Below are positions 58,401 through 64,000 of a stretch of 64,000 bases of DNA, piece after piece. The notes under the pieces were generated by a model. The model searched no databases, had not been told where the DNA came from, and saw only the letters and a program-made list of their open reading frames with translations. Both the position numbers and the translations under genes were made by a program. Position 1 is the stretch's first letter. Each line of letters starts with the position of its first letter. The stretch comes from a virus: positions 96,001 to 160,000 of the IMG/VR virus record IMGVR_UViG_3300045988_180675; one strand, 5' to 3'.

Positions 58401-58948
58401 TTTAAAGCGTTATTTGCTTCTGTTACTGCTCCTTGTGCAGAATCCTTGTTTGCCTTTGCTGTATCTACATTTGATGTAGCTGTATTGATCTGCTCTTCTG
58501 ATGGCTTCTCAGCGTTTGCTGCTTCTACTTCTGCTGTTTTTGTTTCTACAGTAGCCTTAGCGTTTTCAGATGCAACCTTAGCATCTTCTTCAGCCTGTTT
58601 TGCGTTTTCGATCACAGTAGGCTGGTTCTTTGCTGCTTCCTCTGCTGCCTTAGCGTCTGCTTCTGCATTAGCCTTCATGTCTACAACTGCCTTGTGAGCG
58701 TCTTCTTCTGCCTGCTTAATAGAGCTTTCTGTTTCTGTTACTGTGTTTGCCGCACTCGTTGCATTTGCTTCTGCTGTAGCCTTTTCTGCATCTGCATTAG
58801 CCTTTACTGCTGTTGCTGTATCGAGTGCTGCCTGTGTTCCTGTTGCTTGTTCATTTGTTTCCTCTGCGAATGTTGTTGCTGTTGTTGCAGCGATTGAAGC
58901 TGCTGCTGTTGCTGTGATAACTGCTGTCTTAACTAATTCCTTTTTCAT
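55442..58948 (-). CDS. alanine-rich coiled-coil surface protein with an internal CAP/SCP domain (1168 aa)
   Basis: Signal peptide. Long A/E/K coiled coils on both sides of a CAP-like core (HFNMGENLAWGY ... TGHYTNAVNRNY). C-terminal TM plus KKKKKESK and no LPXTG. Confidence 0.7.
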   Translation of the reverse strand: MKKELVKTAVITATAAASIAATTATTFAEETNEQATGTQAALDTATAVKANADAEKATAEANATSAANTVTETESSIKQAEEDAHKAVVDMKANAEADAKAAEEAAKNQPTVIENAKQAEEDAKVASENAKATVETKTAEVEAANAEKPSEEQINTATSNVDTAKANKDSAQGAVTEANNALNDAKAVLEEKTNDVTTKENAKNSANTDLENANAKLNSDKGVTAEKENDLRKALEKNGGKDVLETDEYKAMLNAEKESAKAHEKVEEKKTAEAEAKKDADAKESILNDKKSVEAEKKNALDAENANVSTKESVASEKEAQKNSASTSVDTAKNNVENAKSDVNTKETEKNKALEKQAKERQDYETNRAATEAAKREKLNKDVTDADTEKNAISQKIANASEQVKKGFEGFLGWAKTKFAGDENTLKDIERAVKALHQYPAGMIVGDENDATSLRNVKEALKVLIKYNEQRVHDEHFTGLDPLGTTFYMMATAISNADNSANPANGHTRHFNMGENLAWGYADPNKGWYEEEKVVWEALQEFTAKYLAEHPGVNITKRGPEKTAFENAWTNYAKNEKKFFNIQTGHYTNAVNRNYIMTGIGRSTVANKRGKMVYDQQLQKFVEVGGEKKYTEDQLDSYGITFSQTFSTSTEGNGPEAEKIYTIAEFTSLFDEYMDTVDTTKLNAKLDEANKKYNDAVTVRDAYKGEPALGEREVLPEEKAYDAAVQKLAEANTALTNAQKVLTDATTALENAKSELEAAKATRDSAKLAHDAAKAKTVTAQSTYDAAKGVYDAKVAERKNAEADAKTADDDLSAKTAVVDSMVGVEEMKALRKAVADAKEVQKASEKVVEEKQNALNDATNAYNDAVAARNTAQANVDTKTNELATAQSTLEAKTTDLTNAELALKALTDKVAAYDAKVKELEDSKAEAAKKAQAYEDAKAAHTKAMDALVELTTKATEARAKADRTNAFTFDETFNTLVSDPEFASTVNPYIEAVQKARAALATAKQALVEANEALEEATTRAAKAEANYIRELAAYNVRVATEAAQKAEAARQAELANQAARQIESATNKSVGTDAMVEKNEKKASDKQKEASKDSKNDKQDAKKSDDKKTETQKNDNKKDVATEEKKSEESSDDTVAKVGIGALVATALAGFGIVIGKKKKKESK

Positions 58949-59099
58949 TTCCTTTTCCTCTTTCTTTCTAACTTTTTTAACTACTTCACAACATATATTA
59001 TATACGAAGATTTGATATAAATATACAGTGTTTTTTCGTTATTTACTTGTAAAAGTTTTATTTTCTTCCTTTCTTTTTTCTACTTCCTTTACAACTATT

Positions 59100-59128
59100 A
59101 TTTTATCATAACAGTATATATAAGTCAA
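59100..59128 (-). promoter_or_regulatory. type-B promoter, copy B9, with canonical -35
   Basis: Minus strand: TTGACT-N17-TAAAAT. The 17-nt spacer ends in the extended -10 TG (TGATAAAAT) and contains ATATACTGTTAT. Confidence 0.65.
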
Positions 59129-59156
59129 TACATTTTGTGTTCTTTATAGAAAATAT

Positions 59157-59345
59157 TTACCATTTGTAATCTAATATTTTCTTTGCGGTTGAAAGCGTCA
59201 TATTTTCTAGCTTATACTTACCATTCCGATATCTGCTGATCATTGACTTATTGATTCCTGTACTTTTTGAAAGCTCGTGACCACTGATTCGACTGTTGTA
59301 CAGAATGTTTTTGATCTTTTCTTCGATCTTTTCGATCTCTTTCAT
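59157..59345 (-). CDS. XRE-family helix-turn-helix regulator (62 aa)
   Basis: ISGHELSKSTGINKSMISRYRNGK matches the HTH_3 pattern. Confidence 0.75.
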   Translation of the reverse strand: MKEIEKIEEKIKNILYNSRISGHELSKSTGINKSMISRYRNGKYKLENMTLSTAKKILDYKW

Positions 59346-59370
59346 ATTTCCCTTTCCTTTCTATACCCAT

Positions 59371-59399
59371 AGTATAGCATATTAGTTGCTATATTACAA
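59371..59399 (-). promoter_or_regulatory. sigma-A-type promoter of the XRE gene
   Basis: Minus strand: TTGTAA-N17-TATACT. The spacer ends in the extended -10 TG (TGCTATACT). Confidence 0.55.
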
Positions 59400-59408
59400 C
59401 CATTATTT

Positions 59409-59433
59409 AAAAAGAAAACATGCTTTTAGCATG
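59409..59433 (-). terminator. intrinsic terminator with the stop codon in its loop
   Basis: Stem CATGC/GCATG (59419-59433), followed by TTTTCTTTTT. Confidence 0.65.
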
Positions 59434-60136
59434 CTTCCTCTTCCTTTTTTGAAATCATATAAGCTCCAGCAGATGCTGTTAACAACACAGCTAGTAATGT
59501 TAATAGGCTTGAGTTTGCACTGATACCTGTATCTGCCTTTGGTTTTTCCTTTGGCTTTTCGCTTGGGGGCACAACAGGTTTTTCGTTTGGAATCTTTTTA
59601 ACTTCACTCTTTGGTGAAATTGTAACATTATGTTTCCACTCACCACTTGTATACAGTGGTAGTGAAACAAGGAACGGCTTAGCAAGTTCATATTTGCCTG
59701 CTTCTCCTTCTGCCTTTGTTTCTGCAACTAAATACATTCCATCTGGTAAATTCGCAAATGTTGCCTGTCCATCTTCATTCGTTTTTCCTGTTGCAACAGG
59801 ATCAATTTTATTTGCTAAAGCAAAAATCTTTTCTGCTGCCTCATTTGATTTCTCTGCTGTCATCCCATCGAAATTGATTTCTGTTTCTTTGTATTCATCA
59901 ACCAGTGTATATGTAGCAGAAGCTGCATTTCCATTGTATGTGATATCAGCAACCTTATAAACTACAAATGTTGCATCTGGAATATTTGTAATTGTAGCTG
60001 TTTCGGAATCTTTTTCTGAGAATTGGATTGTTGCTGTATTTTCCTGTTGTTCTGCCAAAACAAGAAAGCTGGAAGAATTAAATAAGAAAATACTCGTGAT
60101 TCCTGTGATTAATATTTTTTTGAATAAGTTTTTCAT
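59426..60136 (-). CDS. Cna-B/SpaA-fold pilin-like surface protein with a xxxTG sorting signal (236 aa)
   Basis: Start trimmed to the ATG at 60136 (MKNLFKK) with a GAAAGGAAAAACG SD. GQATFANLPDGMYLVAETKA and KPFLVSLP motifs. C-terminal KADTG plus hydrophobic stretch plus KKEEE. Confidence 0.65.
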   Translation of the reverse strand: MKNLFKKILITGITSIFLFNSSSFLVLAEQQENTATIQFSEKDSETATITNIPDATFVVYKVADITYNGNAASATYTLVDEYKETEINFDGMTAEKSNEAAEKIFALANKIDPVATGKTNEDGQATFANLPDGMYLVAETKAEGEAGKYELAKPFLVSLPLYTSGEWKHNVTISPKSEVKKIPNEKPVVPPSEKPKEKPKADTGISANSSLLTLLAVLLTASAGAYMISKKEEEAC

Positions 60137-60162
60137 CGTTTTTCCTTTCTGGACCAATGGTT

Positions 60163-60186
60163 GAGCGTAGCCAGAAGACTACGCTC
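60163..60186 (-). other. intercistronic hairpin without U-tract
   Basis: Stem GAGCGTAG/CTACGCTC with an 8-nt loop, between the adhesin and pilin-like genes. Confidence 0.5.
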
Positions 60187-60203
60187 CCCTTTCATTGATC
60201 ACT

Positions 60204-63200
60204 TTAATTCTTTTCTTTCTTTTTCGCACTGATCACAAGATAACCAGCACCACCAAGTAATACCATTGCGATAATTACAAATGTAATCATTCCTCGACCA
60301 CCAGTAGAAGGTAATACCTTTAACTTATCGTCGTGAAGTTCAATTTGAACTGTTGTATTTAATTGGTTTTTCTTAATTTCAAACTCATGCTTATTAGGAT
60401 CTAAAGCGTATCCCTCTGGAGCCTTTGTTTCAATTAAGTAATAGTTACCAACGCCAATACCATCGATTTCATCTGATTTACCATTGCTATTGATATCAAT
60501 ATTCTTGATAAAGAATGTTCCCTTGTATAAAGCGTATGTTGCTCCACCCAACTTCTCGTTGTTTTCACCAAACTTCGTTAGTTGGATCTTAGCTGATGGA
60601 GGTGTGATGTTTGTAAATATTACAGTTGCATCTTCTCCATCATCAATCGTTTCAAGCTCTGTTACAAGATCAAGCATTGCTTCATCATTTTCCTTTGTTG
60701 CGTTTGCGAAGTTTCCTTTGTCGGCTGTTAGTGCATATTTTGCAAGCTTCTTATTTGCTTGTTCAATAACTTTGTATTCAACACCAACAGGAATATCTGT
60801 AAACTTAACGCTTTCGCCATTTCCTAATGTGAAATCCTTAGTTGCTTCTCCGTTTTCATCAGCTCTTACAAGACCGATATCAGAACTAAAGAAACTATTA
60901 GGTTTCATATTTGAGAATTGGATCGAGAATGGATACTTCTCAGTTGTTACTTCTGGTTCAACCTTGGTTACAACTAATGATTGCTTATGTTCAATCGTAT
61001 TTGTGAATGTAATAGATACGTTTTCATTAGCATCAACAGTTTCTACAGCTGTACTTAAATCTTTATTTTCTTCTTCATTCAATCCATTTTCAGAATTAAA
61101 TTTATTGATTCCTCTATCATCAGAGAGTTCGTACTTAGAAGTATAAGCACCTGCTAGTTCTGTTACTTGATATGTTGCACCAACAGGTAGTTTCTTAAAC
61201 ATGATCGATTCATCTTTTCTTAATCTTAAATCAAGTAATGCGTGTCCAGACAAGTCTGAATCAAAGTAAACACCATTATTTGTCGTTAAATATCTTGTAT
61301 TTGGAGTCAAATTACTAAATTCAACACGGAATGGGTATTCTGTATTTTCATCAGCAATTCCTGATACTTTCTTAACAAGTGTGACATTGCTCACTTCACC
61401 TGGTTCTGGAGGTGTAAATGTATTTGTACAAACGATATCAGATTGCTTTCCTGATTCTATTGTTACATTTTTAGCACTATAAGTTGTCTGATAAGGACCT
61501 GTTTGTTCATGTACACCTACCACTGTTCCTTCTGGTAATCCTTCGATAACTAGATCCTGTCCACCCTTTAGCTGTACCATAGCATGTCCACCAAAGATAG
61601 ATACGCCAGATAAAACTCTAGGTTTGTTGAAGAATCCGTTCGGATTACTGAAGTTCAAGAAGAATGTATAAGATGCTCCTGGGACTAATTCACCATTTAC
61701 AACCTTTGATAAGTGGAATGAACCAGTTCCTACAGTTGACTTATTAGTGATTGTTGCTCCCTTGCTTTGTGTACCATTGACAATTGCGTACTTAGGTAAC
61801 ATTGCTTCGGAAGTGTATCCATCCATCTTTTCTTCGAACAACTTATATTCCAAAGTATCATCGAATACATTGAATGTATATGTCCAAACGTTATCATCAC
61901 CCTTCACCCATTTATCTGCTTGTGATCTATAAGTGATGGTGCCGTCTAGCATTTGTTTCACTTCTGGTTCTGCTGGCTCTGGGACAGGTCTCCACCCAAG
62001 CTCGTTCCAGTCTACGGATGTTACTCCATTGCGGTCGTATGAAGATTTAGAGTCATCCATCTTTATATTATTTCTACTTGTTTTTGATAAGGCATATCCC
62101 GAAACATCTATGCCATAGGTGAAGCCGAGTTTCTTTATAACGCCATTTATTTTTGCGACACTAGCTCGTATTTCATTTGGAGCTGCTTTTTCTGGAGCAA
62201 AACCAATTACCACCTTAGATGTTGTCTTTAGGTCTCCAAGCAACTTGTTAATTACAGATGCCATCTCTTCTTCACTTAAATGAGCAAACTCTCTTAAACT
62301 TGTGTTATAAAAATTTAGATTTGTAAGAGTTCTATTACCCTGTTTTATCGTGTTTCCCAAATTCATTTTTATTGCGTCTAATTTTTGCTTATCTTTTACC
62401 AATTTAACTAGATCCATTGAGAACGCAAAATATTGAAAATCTTTTGCGGTTGCTGTTGGACTATTTGGTTGGGTTGGCTTTGCAAAACTTGAGCCCTTGA
62501 ACATGTCTTCAAAATCTACTACGTTTTCGACGTTTAGAGAATCTATAATTTTATCAATGTCGCCATTTACACTTTGGAAGTTCAAGAACATTCCCTTTGC
62601 AATTTTTAAATTTCCACTAGATTTGCTTCCGATTGCAGATGTTGGCAAGGATATATTCGCTTGTTGGTTTGCGAACATTTCTGTTGCGTTTTCTACTTTG
62701 CTAAAGTCAAATTGTGTCAATGCAATTCTAGATAGTTGAAAAATATTTTCATTACTATTACTATCGTACTTAAACAACTCGGAAGAGTCTTTTGGTAAGA
62801 ATAGTGTATTAGCCTCTGAAGATAAAATAATTTGTCCATTCCTAATGTTAACGTGTGCATAAATTTTGTACGGAGAATCTTCTGAAGAAACAATTAAATA
62901 ATCAGTTTGTTTATTTATCTCCATGATTGCTTCTTTCGTTATTGACCGATCCACGAAGAGTGTAAACTTTTTACCATTTACAGATGAATGTGTTAAATTT
63001 TCTGCTTGTACAATCTTATTAAGGAAATGTGGTTCCAAATAAGCAACTTTGAACTTGTTGTCCTTGAAAACGAATGTTCTTGTATATAAGTCCGACTCGT
63101 TCAACGTTCCTGTGAACAAGTGGGACTGATCAAATATGATCTCTCTAAATATAACTTCTCCGTTTTCAAAGCTATTAAGAGTAGTTTCTCTTTCTGGGAA

Positions 63201-64000
63201 AGCAGAGCTTATAATAGTTTCATTTCTCTTCGCAAAAGCCTTGATTTGCTCGCCGACTTTTTTAACTATATAAGTTGTTAAACTGTTATTCGAATCAGAG
63301 TTTCTTTCTATCTCTTCTTTGCTGAACGTTATAATTACCTTTCGTTCGCTTTCTGGAATGCCTGGAATATTTCCAAAATCAACTGTATAAACGATATTAT
63401 TCACGTTTGGATCAGTGGCTGTCATCGTTAATTGTGGGATTGGTCTGTTTTCGTTATTCTTATCTGCGTCTTCCCACACTTTTTTAACAATAATTTTTCC
63501 ATCTTCTGATCTTTCATTTTTAACGATGAAGAATCCTGTATTATTTTCTTTTTCCAAGCCGTCAATCGTTATTTCTCCGAGTTTACTGATGTGAACAATA
63601 TATTCTTTTTGATCTTTAATATAATTTCTGTTTCCACCCTTTTTACCATCAGCAGTAACATTTGTTGGAGCTGTGATTTCTTTTAATGTGTATGTACCCT
63701 TCTCAATATTTTCAAATGTTAATACACCATTTTCGTCTGATGTTGCAGTAATATTTGTACTTGTTCCAAGTTCTGATACACCTTTAAGTAAGAACTCTGC
63801 CCCCTCTAACCATATAGAGTTATTGTCTGCATCTATCTTGCGAAGTTTGAAACCGTTGTATCTATGCTCATTGAATACTGTTTCGTTCTTGTAATATTCA
63901 GAATTGTCACTTGATATTGAATATTTACCAAACTCATCGACGAGAATATTTACAGTTAGTTCTTTATTTGGGACATATCTCTGGTTTTCTAAAGCAATTT
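60204..64000 (-). CDS. large LPXTG-anchored adhesin with multiple Cna-B-like domains, N-terminus beyond window end (>=1265 aa)
   Basis: The frame stays open upstream of the track start (TTG at 63557) through position 64000 (…GTYTLKEITAPTN…). C-terminal LPSTGG plus TM plus KKKEKN. Repeated G.Y.L.E..AP.GY-type motifs. Confidence 0.8.
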   Translation of the reverse strand, partial: IALENQRYVPNKELTVNILVDEFGKYSISSDNSEYYKNETVFNEHRYNGFKLRKIDADNNSIWLEGAEFLLKGVSELGTSTNITATSDENGVLTFENIEKGTYTLKEITAPTNVTADGKKGGNRNYIKDQKEYIVHISKLGEITIDGLEKENNTGFFIVKNERSEDGKIIVKKVWEDADKNNENRPIPQLTMTATDPNVNNIVYTVDFGNIPGIPESERKVIITFSKEEIERNSDSNNSLTTYIVKKVGEQIKAFAKRNETIISSAFPERETTLNSFENGEVIFREIIFDQSHLFTGTLNESDLYTRTFVFKDNKFKVAYLEPHFLNKIVQAENLTHSSVNGKKFTLFVDRSITKEAIMEINKQTDYLIVSSEDSPYKIYAHVNIRNGQIILSSEANTLFLPKDSSELFKYDSNSNENIFQLSRIALTQFDFSKVENATEMFANQQANISLPTSAIGSKSSGNLKIAKGMFLNFQSVNGDIDKIIDSLNVENVVDFEDMFKGSSFAKPTQPNSPTATAKDFQYFAFSMDLVKLVKDKQKLDAIKMNLGNTIKQGNRTLTNLNFYNTSLREFAHLSEEEMASVINKLLGDLKTTSKVVIGFAPEKAAPNEIRASVAKINGVIKKLGFTYGIDVSGYALSKTSRNNIKMDDSKSSYDRNGVTSVDWNELGWRPVPEPAEPEVKQMLDGTITYRSQADKWVKGDDNVWTYTFNVFDDTLEYKLFEEKMDGYTSEAMLPKYAIVNGTQSKGATITNKSTVGTGSFHLSKVVNGELVPGASYTFFLNFSNPNGFFNKPRVLSGVSIFGGHAMVQLKGGQDLVIEGLPEGTVVGVHEQTGPYQTTYSAKNVTIESGKQSDIVCTNTFTPPEPGEVSNVTLVKKVSGIADENTEYPFRVEFSNLTPNTRYLTTNNGVYFDSDLSGHALLDLRLRKDESIMFKKLPVGATYQVTELAGAYTSKYELSDDRGINKFNSENGLNEEENKDLSTAVETVDANENVSITFTNTIEHKQSLVVTKVEPEVTTEKYPFSIQFSNMKPNSFFSSDIGLVRADENGEATKDFTLGNGESVKFTDIPVGVEYKVIEQANKKLAKYALTADKGNFANATKENDEAMLDLVTELETIDDGEDATVIFTNITPPSAKIQLTKFGENNEKLGGATYALYKGTFFIKNIDINSNGKSDEIDGIGVGNYYLIETKAPEGYALDPNKHEFEIKKNQLNTTVQIELHDDKLKVLPSTGGRGMITFVIIAMVLLGGAGYLVISAKKKEKN

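Noticed and set aside
60484-61146. Plus-strand ORFs throughout the track, for example 60484..61146 (220 aa), 58200..58697 (165 aa), 37427..37903 (158 aa), 54924..55355 (143 aa), 4338..4751 (137 aa), 7267..7665 (132 aa) and all shorter ones.
   Set aside because: Each lies entirely antisense to a minus-strand gene that has motif-level support or a strong SD. Their translations are low-complexity S/F/L/I-rich, as expected for the reverse frame of K/E/N-rich AT-rich genes. None has a convincing SD or promoter.

Overview
Low-GC, Firmicutes-like DNA. About 62 protein genes and one IS all lie on the minus strand; every plus-strand ORF in the track looks like an antisense shadow. No rRNA, tRNA or CRISPR array was seen. 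All product calls come from motifs read by eye in the translations, because no database search was possible. The content fits a large conjugative plasmid, ICE or phage-plasmid. Modules in minus-strand transcription order (high to low coordinates): (1) surface and T4SS genes at 47.9-64 kb: an LPXTG Cna-B-type adhesin, a small pilin-like protein, an XRE regulator, a 1168-aa coiled-coil protein with an internal CAP/SCP domain, VirB2-like, VirB6-like, PrgI/VirB3-like and VirB4 ATPase genes, and a 962-aa repeat adhesin. (2) A solo IS200/IS605-type TnpB with a GC-rich omega-RNA region at 44.5-46.0 kb. (3) A 1528-aa NlpC/P60 cell-wall hydrolase. (4) A translationally coupled four-gene operon ending in a HipA-like kinase. 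(5) A sigma-70-like factor. (6) A DnaE-type Pol III alpha with a coiled-coil insertion. (7) A ten-gene operon led by an RHH regulator that also contains signal peptidase I, a ParM-like actin and an SSB-like protein. (8) An SMC/Rad50-like ATPase, two RecD2-like helicases and a RecG-like helicase. (9) About 25 small unknown ORFs at 5.5-14 kb. (10) An operon encoding a bona fide PARP-like protein, a Cas4-like nuclease and a UvrD helicase. Transcription units are sharply delimited by hairpin/T-run terminators and by three recurring promoter families: type A (CATAAT plus an invariant downstream leader block, 11 copies), type B (extended -10 with a quasi-palindromic ATATACTGTTATAT box in the spacer, 9 copies in both orientations) and type C (ATATAGCATAATATA, 5 copies). 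The most interesting candidates are the PARP/nuclease/helicase operon, the repeated regulatory cassettes with a possible element-encoded sigma cascade, and the HipA-like operon.
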